A DNA stretch of 64,000 nt. Source: an uncultured Solirubrobacterales bacterium. GTDB lineage: Bacteria > Actinomycetota > Thermoleophilia > Solirubrobacterales > 70-9. Location: contig CAWDBV010000002.1 in assembly GCA_963800705.1 (NCBI GenBank), forward strand, positions 632,070 to 696,069, read 5' to 3'. The position numbers were made by a program, and so were the translations under genes. The notes under the pieces were generated by a model. The model was not told where the DNA came from. It worked only from the letters and a program-made list of their open reading frames with translations, and searched no databases. Below are positions 10,057 through 18,244 of the stretch, in pieces. Numbering within the stretch: the first letter of the stretch is position 1; the number at the start of each line of letters is the position of its first letter.

Positions 10057-10371
10057 GGACTGATGCGCGCATACGTGCCGCTGTGCGACGGTCTACGTCG
10101 TCTCGACATTGAGCGGTAGCGCCAGTTCCGCTACACCCGCCAGCGGTCAGAAGACCGATCATCAATGTGTTGCCCGGGCCGAACCCTGGCTGGGCGTGCC
10201 GATCCTCGGTGTGGACAACGGCTGCCGCTTGCGCTGGCCGTTGCCAGTTGCCCCCGGTCGGATCGCCGGGAAGGTGTTGATCCAGTAGGCATTGGACCTG
10301 CCGCTGCTGTTGCCCGCCGACGGTGGTTCGTCCTCGCGCCGCGTGCTCAAGCGCCACGGATCCGCTCAGCC

Positions 10372-10602
10372 TTTCGCTTCCCGCCCATGCCCACGGTGAT
10401 GTTCCTCTACAATCCCTTCGGGGCGCCGGTGATGGGGCAGGTGATCGGGAACCTCGTCGCTTCGCTGCGACAGTGGCCCCGTCCCTGCTTCGTGCTCTAC
10501 CGGAACCCCACCTGCGCGGGGCTGTTCAACCGGGACCCCAGCTTCCGGATCGTCGAGGCCAACCCCGATTACGCGGTGTATGCCGCAGTCCCCGGACACT
10601 GA
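10372..10602 (+). pseudogene. C-terminal fragment of a class I SAM-dependent methyltransferase
   Basis: FRFPPMPTVMFLYNPFGAPVMGQVIGNLVASLRQWPRPCFVLYRNPTCAGLF resembles the post-motif-II half of small methyltransferases. No SAM-binding N-terminal half lies upstream. Confidence 0.4.
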
Positions 10603-10637
10603 GGGCCGGTGCGGCGCCTGCGTGGTAGATCGAAGAG

Positions 10638-11480
10638 GTGATCCGCGCCAGCTGTCTGTGCGGGTCGGTCGCCTGGTCGGTGCCTGGCCCGCTGCCGCCG
10701 ATGTATCACTGCCATTGCTCGCGCTGCCGCAAGGCGCACGGGGCCGCGTTTGCCACCTACGTCGACGCGCCGCTGGCGGCGGTCACCGTCGTGGGGCAGG
10801 AGGCGATCGCGGCCTGGCCGCCGGGGGTCGAGGGCGGCCGGCGCTTTTGCCGGATCTGCGGCTCGGTCGTGCCCTACGCCCACCGAGACACGCTGTTCCT
10901 GCCGGCGGGCAACTTCGAGGAAGATCCGGGCACGCGGCCGGCGCGACACATCTTCGCCGCCTCTCGCGCCCCCTGGTACCAGATCCGCGATGGTCTCCCG
11001 CAGTCCGACGCCTACGCCCCCGGACAGAACGCCACCCCCGAGCCCGATCCGACGCCCGTCGATCGCCCCGCTCGACCCGGCGGCGCCTGTCTTTGCGGGG
11101 CGGTCACCTACGTTTTGGACGGGCCGCCCATCAAGCGGCGGTATTGCCATTGCGGCCGCTGCCGCAAGTCCCTCTCGGCCGCCCACGCCGCCAACCTGAG
11201 GACCTCGGCGGACGCCGTCCGCTTCGTGCGAGGCGAGGAGCGGCTGACCCGCTACCACCTGCCCGAGGCGCGCTTCTTCACCACCGTCTTCTGCGAGAGG
11301 TGCGGCTCGCCCATGCCCAGGGTCGACCGCGACCGCGGCATCGCCCTGGTCCCCCTCGGCACCTTCGACGACGACCCGGGCGTCCCGCCGCTGGGCCACA
11401 TCTTCGTCGGCTCCAAGGCCCCCTGGTTCGACATCGCCGACGACCTCCCCCAGTACCAGGAATATCCCCCGGGCGGTTAG
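10638..11480 (+). CDS. Tandem GFA (glutathione-dependent formaldehyde-activating / CENP-V) domain protein
   Basis: 280 aa with two repeats of the Cys pattern: CLCGSV..CHCSRCRKAHG..FCRICGS and CLCGAV..CHCGRCRKSL..FCERCGS. GTG start after gaagag. Confidence 0.8.
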   Translation: MIRASCLCGSVAWSVPGPLPPMYHCHCSRCRKAHGAAFATYVDAPLAAVTVVGQEAIAAWPPGVEGGRRFCRICGSVVPYAHRDTLFLPAGNFEEDPGTRPARHIFAASRAPWYQIRDGLPQSDAYAPGQNATPEPDPTPVDRPARPGGACLCGAVTYVLDGPPIKRRYCHCGRCRKSLSAAHAANLRTSADAVRFVRGEERLTRYHLPEARFFTTVFCERCGSPMPRVDRDRGIALVPLGTFDDDPGVPPLGHIFVGSKAPWFDIADDLPQYQEYPPGG

Positions 11481-11504
11481 CGGCGCTCGAGCGCGAGCCC
11501 GCGG

Positions 11505-11605
11505 ATGGCTGAGACCGGCGTCGCCAACGCTTCCCCGCTGATCTATCTGTCGCGAGCCGGCCTGTTGGAGAGGCTCTCCTGTCAGCTGTCTCGCTTGCGC
11601 GGTTG
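11505..11605 (+). pseudogene. N-terminal remnant of a PIN/DUF3368-type nuclease
   Basis: The 33-codon ORF MAETGVANASPLIYLSRAGLLERL has the ASPLIYL..G.L.LL opening of DUF3368 PIN proteins. It is truncated and overlaps the 3-prime end of the convergent ORF. Confidence 0.3.
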
Positions 11606-12388
11606 AGACGACGAAGATCCATCGGCCGAGGCCCAGAGCTCCTCGGTCCTCCATGACTTTTGTTGCCGAGATTTTTCGCCGCTTTTTATGAGATCCACCT
11701 CGTCGATTCTGGCCTTTTCATGAAATATCGAGGGACTGGGTGCGCGCAAATCCCGCACGATCCTTCCCGATGCGGTCAGCACGGTGTCCATGCGATGGAC
11801 GATTTGCCCACCCTTTCGAATCCGCGGAACGTGAGGCTCGGCTGGACGGCCGTCCGAGGTGAAGTGGATGTCAATCGTGTCGCCGTCCATGGACACCAAC
11901 TCGAAGCAGGTCGTGGCGAGGAACGATCCGTTGTAATCGACCAAAGACGTCGTTTGCCATCGAGCGCCGACGCCCACGGGCGTCACTGGAAGGCTCATTC
12001 CCATGGCTCTTCCGAGCATCCTGGTCAGCGTCTTGAACGGCGGCCCTGTTTCTACTTCACCCGTGAGCGCCAACCGAACTTCCCTCTTGAACCCGAGGAA
12101 GCTTTCGGTGAGCAGATTCCTCATCTGGTTGGCGCTGTCTGTCGACACCTCCTGGGCGTTCCCGACGTCGACGGAGCGCACGTCCAGATCCAAAACGGCC
12201 TCCTTCTCGCCGACCCCCACGACACGCAACTTGATTCCCATCATGGCCATGGTCCAAGGAGGATCGAGGACGGAGAAGCCCACCTGATGGCGAAGCACCA
12301 TGAAGCCCTCCTGAGCCGGGCGAGGACGGATTTCGAGGACACGCAAGGGCGGCCTTCCTGCATCCAGAATGGGATCCTCGAGCGTCAC
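11582..12388 (-). CDS. Hypothetical protein (no family recognised)
   Basis: An uninterrupted 268-aa ORF in a visibly lower-G+C stretch with non-repetitive composition. No motif recognised. Confidence 0.5.
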   Translation of the reverse strand: MTLEDPILDAGRPPLRVLEIRPRPAQEGFMVLRHQVGFSVLDPPWTMAMMGIKLRVVGVGEKEAVLDLDVRSVDVGNAQEVSTDSANQMRNLLTESFLGFKREVRLALTGEVETGPPFKTLTRMLGRAMGMSLPVTPVGVGARWQTTSLVDYNGSFLATTCFELVSMDGDTIDIHFTSDGRPAEPHVPRIRKGGQIVHRMDTVLTASGRIVRDLRAPSPSIFHEKARIDEVDLIKSGEKSRQQKSWRTEELWASADGSSSSQPRKRDS

Positions 12389-12640
12389 GACGCGCTATCT
12401 CCGAATGTGACGGGCCCTCATTCGTCGACAGGTTCCCGCCCTGGTTCGCTCCCAAATCCTACTTGCATTCACCACCCTCGCCGCCTCCGCCTCCTACGTA
12501 TTTTTCGGCGTCCGCCTTTTCCTTCCGAAGCTTTTCCAGTTCTTCCGCCAATTCCTTCGCTCCTTCTGCGCGCCATCCTCGTAATATCGTCGCAGCATTT
12601 CCGCGCGGTAGCGTGCCCCGTTCATCTAATCGGACTAACT

Positions 12641-12665
12641 TGTGAGCGGCGGGACTCGAACCCAC
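12641..12665 (-). other. tRNA-like 3-prime fragment (T-arm plus acceptor strand)
   Basis: The reverse complement reads GTGGG-TTCGAGT-CCCGC-CGCTCAC-A, a canonical T-stem/loop plus 3-prime acceptor. No matching 5-prime acceptor or D-arm lies upstream. Confidence 0.35.
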
Positions 12666-12727
12666 TACCCCCGGCTTCGGAGGAGAGGGGAGGGTGTGGT
12701 GAAGGCGTGGGGAACTGGGACCGGCGG

Positions 12728-14557
12728 TCACCGGCAGCGAGGCCGGCGGCGTCCGACGAGCGCGATCGCCAGCATCAGAAGCAGCCCTGCCGCAGGACCG
12801 GGGGCCTCGGCAGAGGGGTTGGCGACGCCGCACCCTGCTTCGATGGGAGCGGTCGGGGTGACTGCGGGACCAGCGACCACGCCTCCAGCACCGCCGGACC
12901 CCTCGCCGCTGCCACCAGAACCGTCGAGACCGTTCGGGTCGGTGCCGGGAGCGCCCGAGTCAGCCGTGCTGCTGGTTCCGGGGTTTCCCTCTCCCGGATC
13001 TTCGCCGCCGGCGGCATCCGTCGCGCTGGCATCGACAGCTCCGCCCGTGGCGCCCATGTCCACGCCGCCGTCGGTGGCCGCCGCCTGCGCGTGTGATCTC
13101 GCCGGAGATTCCGTAGTACCCGAGCGACGAGTAGCTGGAGAAGCCGGACTGGGGCGTCCCCTCCGCGCCTCCCTTGATGACGAGCTCGTATTCGCCGGCA
13201 GGCAGCATGACGTCCAGCTTGGCGGTGCGCGCGACCATGTCGTTACCCTTCGCCAGCACCATTCCGTCCGCATTCTGGATCTGCGCCTCGACGTCCAGGT
13301 AGCCCCCGCCGACGTACTCGGTGCGATCGATGGTCAGCACGGCGCGCCCGCCGCCCTCTCCGACCGCGAACGTGAAGGTGTCGGAGTCCGTGTTGTGGGC
13401 GATCTGCCCGAAGTTGTCCGCGGCCGAGACGCCTGATCCGTTCTTGACGATCAGCGGCTGGCTGGTCGGGATGTCATCCGCCCTGAAAGGCAGGTTCCTG
13501 CTGATGATCATCAGGTCGTCTTGCTTGTTGTTGGCGCTGGCGTATTCGCCCTTGCTCCATTGAAACAGGGCCCGCGTCCCCCAGCTGGCCTTGGGGTTGT
13601 TCGCGCCCATGATGGGGCACCAGCGGAAGCTGGGCAGCCCGCTGAAGTACTGGCTGCCGCCCGTGGTGCCGTCGTGCCGCAGGCCCAGGAGGTGCCCGAG
13701 CTCGTGGGTGGTGGTAGCCCCCTGATGGTAGCCGTTGCCCTTGTTGTAGATGTTGCAGCACCTCGTGGTCCCGAAAGCGTTGAGTCCGCAGCTCGAACGC
13801 CCGCTCTCGGGTCGCGAGCAGGCTTTGCCCCGATCTCGCATCGGGGTGGCTTCGTACACCGCGGCGTCGGTCGTCACGTTGACCTCGAAGGCGGAGAACG
13901 AGGCGGCGACGATCTGCCAGGCGCGCCAGAGCTGGGCCTTGTCCAGCGGCAAGGGCGCGACGTCCACGAAGAGCACCTTGGTCGCCCCTGGTCGGCTCTG
14001 GAGCTTGTTCGTGTCCGAGCGTGCCGTCGTAGTCGCCGATGTGGGGGGGGCCGTCGACCAGACGCAGCGGCGGCGATCCGTGCTCGTCTCCGCTTCCTCG
14101 TCGTCGAAGGTCTCGGCGTCGGACTCGCACACGGGGAAGATCTTCGTCACCGGCACCTTCTCGACCAGAACGCGACCGTCGAGGGAGGTGGTGTATTCGT
14201 AGGCGACGTTCCGGTCGTGGCAGCACGAGCCAGCCGTAGATGTCGGTGCCGTCGCCTTTCAGGATGAACGAAGAGCTGCCCGACTCCAGCGCGGTCCCGG
14301 TGGCGGACAGGTATGCGCCCGAGAAGTGAAAGTCGTCGGCCACGACGTCGATGCGCTCGCCGTATCGGTCGGAACGCAAACTGCGAGCTCGCCCCCATGC
14401 GGGTCTGGATGGCGTCGCCGAGGACGGCGCTGGTCGAGCCCACGAGTCGAAAGGAGGACGTCTGCGGCTCCGCCCGCGAATCGGAGGCTCCATTGTCGGA
14501 GCAACCAAGCTGGAGAAGGGCGAACGCTGCAACGATCAGTGCATGTTTTGATTTCAT
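12728..14557 (-). pseudogene. Secreted zinc metalloprotease lipoprotein with PPC-like domain and MYXO-CTERM anchor, at least 3 frameshifts
   Basis: Elements seen, in order:
- Lipoprotein signal MKSKHALIVAAFALLQLGCS after RBS ggtggag
- HELGHLLGLRHD zincin motif
- Beta-sandwich tail (TFTFAVGEGG..YELVIKG)
- A terminal GCGVANPSAEAPGPAAGLLLMLAIALVGRRRPR sorting signal

The pieces lie in frames of ORFs 14147..14566, 13474..14532, 12960..14156 and 12728..13273. Confidence 0.75.
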
Positions 14558-14618
14558 GGGCTCCACCTCGGTACGCGGTCCTTTTCCTGGCGCGCGCAGC
14601 TCGGGTAAGATCTCGAGC

Positions 14619-15047
14619 GTGCGCTACCTCGTCGTGTTCGGAATCTTCCTGGCCTCGATCGGGGCCTGCCGGCGTGCGGGCCCGGTCTCGCCGATCGCGG
14701 CCGTGACGCCGCCTGCGGCGACGCACGCGACGACGGAGGAAACGTGTCGGAGCTGCCGCGGGATCTGGGCGGTCCACGGGCTCGACGAAGCGGCGTCCTG
14801 CAACTGCCGGACGACCGACGCGGGCAAGCTTTGCCGGGACGGCGCCGACTGCCAGGGAATGTGCCTGGCGGCGGAGCGCCCCGAGACGGAGGCGGTGGTG
14901 ACCGGTCCCCCCGCGCGCGGTTTTTTCATCGGCCGCTGCTCGGAGCTGATGGTCGTCCTCGGCTGTAACCGCATCATCGAGCGGGGCGCCACCGCCCGCG
15001 GTCCCGTTCTCCTCGCCGAGCCGCCGCCCATCATCTGTCAGGACTGA
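14619..15047 (+). CDS. Cysteine-rich lipoprotein, hypothetical
   Basis: GTG 14619. Signal VRYLVVFGIFLASIGAC, then about 10 Cys (CRSCRG..CNC..CRDGADCQGMC). Confidence 0.55.
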   Translation: MRYLVVFGIFLASIGACRRAGPVSPIAAVTPPAATHATTEETCRSCRGIWAVHGLDEAASCNCRTTDAGKLCRDGADCQGMCLAAERPETEAVVTGPPARGFFIGRCSELMVVLGCNRIIERGATARGPVLLAEPPPIICQD

Positions 15048-15050
15048 GCG

Positions 15051-16457
15051 CTAGGCCTCGATGGCGCTCAGCCCGCTGGTGGCACGGCCACCGGCGGCGC
15101 CCACCTCGGCGGGGCCGAGACCGACAGAACGGAGCAGGCTGAGCAGCACGGTGCTCGGGTTGCCGCCTACCTCGCGGTGGTGCACGCCCGGGTACTTGAA
15201 AAAGCCGCCCGCCCGGCCGGCCACCAGGATCGGGTAGTCCCGGAGGGAGTGGGACTTTCCCTCCGAGCAGTCGCTGGTAGCCAGGATGGCGCAGCTGTCG
15301 AGCAGATTGCCGGGGCCCTCCGGCGTGTCCTTCAGCTTCTGCAGGAGGATCGCGAGCATCCTCATGGTGAAGACGGTGGTGGCCTGGATCTGGGGCTGGT
15401 CGCCCGGTTCATCATGGGTCAGCTGGTGGTGGCCGCGGCGGACCCCGGCCGGCCAGAACACCGTGCCGCCGATGCTGCCGGTGAACAGCACGGAGAAGAC
15501 CCGGGTCTGGTCACAGGCCAGCGCCAGGGCCGCCAGGTCGCTCATGGCGGTGGTGATCGGCTCGAGCTGCTCGCCCTGGGGCGTGTTGGGGAAGGTCCCG
15601 GGGTCGGCGCCCGCCGCGCAGCCACCGCGGCTGGGTCCTTCCCCAGCCGGCATCGACTCGGGCGCTTGCAGCCGGCGCTCGATCGCCCGCACGTTCTCGA
15701 AGTGCTGGTCCAGCCGCCCCCTGTCGGTCTTGCCGACCCGCAGCTTCATGCGTTCGAGGTCCTGGACGATGACGTCCAGCACGCTTCGCCGCATGGCCGT
15801 CGCCTTCTGCAACGCCGAAGGCCCCGCCATCGGATCGCCTGCCAGGGGCGGCGGCGGCGGGTTGCCACCGAACAGGCGGGTGAAGACCGCTCGCGGCTCG
15901 AAGCTGGGTGGATTTCCACTGTTGGCTCCGTTGTGCGAGAGGACCTGGGGCGTCACCCCCTCGTCCTTGCGCACCCGACGGGAGATTCCCAGCTCCAGGG
16001 ACTTGAACCGCGTCGACTTGCCCAGCTCGGCCGCGGCGATCTGGTCGATGCTCGGCTTGCTGAAGGTGGATCGGTAGGTGGCCGATCCCCTGGGCTGCAC
16101 GACGACCGGCGCGCCCGAGAGGATCCCGATGGTCCCGGTGTGGTGGACCCGGGCCCTCGGGATCTTCATGTCCATACCCGAAACGACGTTGAGGTACTCC
16201 TTGACCGGTGCCAGCGGCAGCAGGGAGGGCGTCGGCTCCCAGGTCGGCGACGTGGTCGGGGTCCAGAACTTCAGCCGCACGCCGTTGCCCCAGAAGAAAA
16301 TACCCAGTCGGCGGGGGATGGCTGCCCCGGTCTGGGCATAGGCGGTGCCGTTTGCATTCAGCATCGCTTCCAGGGTGGGCAGCCCCACCGAGACCGCGGA
16401 CCCCGCGAACAGGCCCCGCAGGACGGTCCGTCGGTTCATCCTGGTTCTCCTGGTCAT
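15051..16457 (-). CDS. DUF1552 domain protein (Tat signal)
   Basis: MTRRTRMNRRTVLRGLFAGSAVSVGLPTLEAM has a twin-arginine leader. Also GIFFWGNG and the SHNGANSGNPP pattern typical of DUF1552. Confidence 0.8.
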   Translation of the reverse strand: MTRRTRMNRRTVLRGLFAGSAVSVGLPTLEAMLNANGTAYAQTGAAIPRRLGIFFWGNGVRLKFWTPTTSPTWEPTPSLLPLAPVKEYLNVVSGMDMKIPRARVHHTGTIGILSGAPVVVQPRGSATYRSTFSKPSIDQIAAAELGKSTRFKSLELGISRRVRKDEGVTPQVLSHNGANSGNPPSFEPRAVFTRLFGGNPPPPPLAGDPMAGPSALQKATAMRRSVLDVIVQDLERMKLRVGKTDRGRLDQHFENVRAIERRLQAPESMPAGEGPSRGGCAAGADPGTFPNTPQGEQLEPITTAMSDLAALALACDQTRVFSVLFTGSIGGTVFWPAGVRRGHHQLTHDEPGDQPQIQATTVFTMRMLAILLQKLKDTPEGPGNLLDSCAILATSDCSEGKSHSLRDYPILVAGRAGGFFKYPGVHHREVGGNPSTVLLSLLRSVGLGPAEVGAAGGRATSGLSAIEA

Positions 16458-16465
16458 GACGGCCT

Positions 16466-18187
16466 CTACGGATTTTCTCCCGACAGCCGAAAGCCGTCGG
16501 ACTCGACAAGCCCGAACAGGAGCGTGCGGAACCGGTCGGCGCCGTCCATGTTGGCCGCCAGCTGCTCGACGAGCGCCTCCTCGCCCTCCGTCTCCACCCG
16601 ACCGAGCGCGTACCTCCAGAGCCCGCGCACCAGGCATTCCTGGACGTCCGGGTGCCGGCGCAAGATCGCGGCCAGCTCGGCCGGCCCGGCGAACGCCTGG
16701 CCGTCGAGCTCACCCGCGGCATCGATCCGCTTGCCCGCCTCGGTGGTCCGGACCTTTCCGATGGCGTCGAAGTTCTCGAAGGCGAGGCCCAGCGGATCCA
16801 TCATGGCGTGGCAGGCGACGCAGGCCGGGGCGTTGTGGGCCTCCAGCTTCTCCCGCATCGTGCGGGGGGGCGCCCCGGGCCGCTCCGGCGGCAGGGTGGT
16901 GTCCACGTCGGCCGGCGGCTCCGGGATCTCGTGACAGAGCAGCACCTCGCGCACGAACTTGCCGCGCCGGCTGGGCGAGGTGGTCTGCTCGTGCGCATTG
17001 GGAGCCAGGAAGGCCGCCTGGCCGAGCAGGCCCAGGCGCAAGCTCCCCTCTGGCAAGGCCAGCCGCTCGAACCCGGTCCCTGTCGGCGGCGGCACTCCGT
17101 ACAGCAGCGCGAGCTCGCGGTTGACGAAGGTCGTGCGGGTGTCGAAGACCCGCCGGTAGTCGCCCTCCGGCCCCCAGATGATCTCTTCCACGAAACGCAG
17201 CGTCTCTTCCCGCATGGAAGGTCCCAGGGTGGGGGTCACCGCCGGGAAGTCCGCGGGGCTCTGCTCGAGATCGTCCAGGGCCTCGAGGCGTAGAAGCTCG
17301 TACAGGAAGTCGCGCGCCGCGGTTCGGCCGCGCGGCGAATCGAGCAGGCGCTCGGCATGCTGGCGCAGGCCGCCCGGCTTGCTGAGCGTCCCGGCGGCAG
17401 CGGCGTCCAGCAGCGCGCTGTCCGGGGTGGTGCTCGCCAGGAAGAACGACAGCCGGCTCGCCAGCTCCCAGTCGTCGAAGGCGCGCCGACCGGAGGCCGG
17501 GTCCAGCCTCCCGACCTCGACCCGATACAGGAAGTTCGGCGATTGCAGGATCGCCGAAAGGGCGTAGGTGAGACCCTGCCAGAAATCGCCGAACAGCTCC
17601 GCACCCTGCCGGGCGAGGCCCAGGTAGGGCGTGATCTCCTCGGGGACCAGCGGCCGGCGCCAGGCCCGGCGGCCAAAGCTGGTGATGAAGCTGCGCGCGC
17701 AGGGCTCATCCCAGGCAGCCTCTGGCGTACACGAGACAAGCTGCGCGCGCCGCTCGGAGTTTCCCAGCGCTTGCGTGGCGACGCCCAGCGCCGCGGTCTC
17801 GAGCTTCTCGGTGACCGTCTCGGACAGGGTGGTCAGCGACGCGCCAATCGCTGCGAAGCCCGACAGCACGGTGTCCAGCTCGAGCCCGGCTGGAAGCGTG
17901 ATGCCCGGGCCCAGCAGGTCCTGGATCGCGTGCTCGTACTGGGTGCGCGTCAAGCGTCGCAGCGCCGCGGGACCCGGTCGAAACGACCCTCCCGGCCCTC
18001 CCGGTGCCGTGGCGGGCGACCTGGCGGGGTCGGGGGGGGCCATCTCCGGATCCCGGTGCGGTGGCCCCTCACCGTCGGCACCTGACGCTCCCCCGGGAGG
18101 CCCGACGGCACCGACACAAGCCGCTGCCGACAGGAGCGCCACGAGCGCGGCGGCCCGCGCCAACAACTCTGGCTCGCGAAGTTGCAT
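16466..18187 (-). CDS. DUF1592/DUF1588-family partner protein with CxxCH motif
   Basis: It lies 8 nt upstream of the DUF1552 gene. It carries PACVACHAMMDPLGLAFENFDAIG and FVNRELALLYG. The signal is MQLREPELLARAAALVALLSAAAC; an alternative start is at 18235. Confidence 0.75.
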   Translation of the reverse strand: MQLREPELLARAAALVALLSAAACVGAVGPPGGASGADGEGPPHRDPEMAPPDPARSPATAPGGPGGSFRPGPAALRRLTRTQYEHAIQDLLGPGITLPAGLELDTVLSGFAAIGASLTTLSETVTEKLETAALGVATQALGNSERRAQLVSCTPEAAWDEPCARSFITSFGRRAWRRPLVPEEITPYLGLARQGAELFGDFWQGLTYALSAILQSPNFLYRVEVGRLDPASGRRAFDDWELASRLSFFLASTTPDSALLDAAAAGTLSKPGGLRQHAERLLDSPRGRTAARDFLYELLRLEALDDLEQSPADFPAVTPTLGPSMREETLRFVEEIIWGPEGDYRRVFDTRTTFVNRELALLYGVPPPTGTGFERLALPEGSLRLGLLGQAAFLAPNAHEQTTSPSRRGKFVREVLLCHEIPEPPADVDTTLPPERPGAPPRTMREKLEAHNAPACVACHAMMDPLGLAFENFDAIGKVRTTEAGKRIDAAGELDGQAFAGPAELAAILRRHPDVQECLVRGLWRYALGRVETEGEEALVEQLAANMDGADRFRTLLFGLVESDGFRLSGENP

Positions 18188-18244
18188 GTTCGACCAGCTA
18201 GGTAACGCCACCGCCCGCTGAAGCGTTCGCGCCAATCGGTCGGG

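Noticed and set aside
12459-12636. Small minus-strand ORFs (MNGARYRAEMLRRYYEDGAQKE... and ...AKELAEELEKLRKEKADAEKYVGGGGGEGGECK)
   Set aside because: Two overlapping short frames with no recognisable family. They could be one frameshifted small gene, but I cannot support either reading.
7507-12665. tRNA-Ala plus the T-arm fragment as attL/attR of one integrated island
   Set aside because: The fragment is on the opposite strand and its sequence (GTGGGTTCGAGTCCCGCCGCTCAC) differs from the tRNA-Ala 3-prime end (AGGGGTTCGAGTCCCCTCAGCTCC). It is not a direct repeat.
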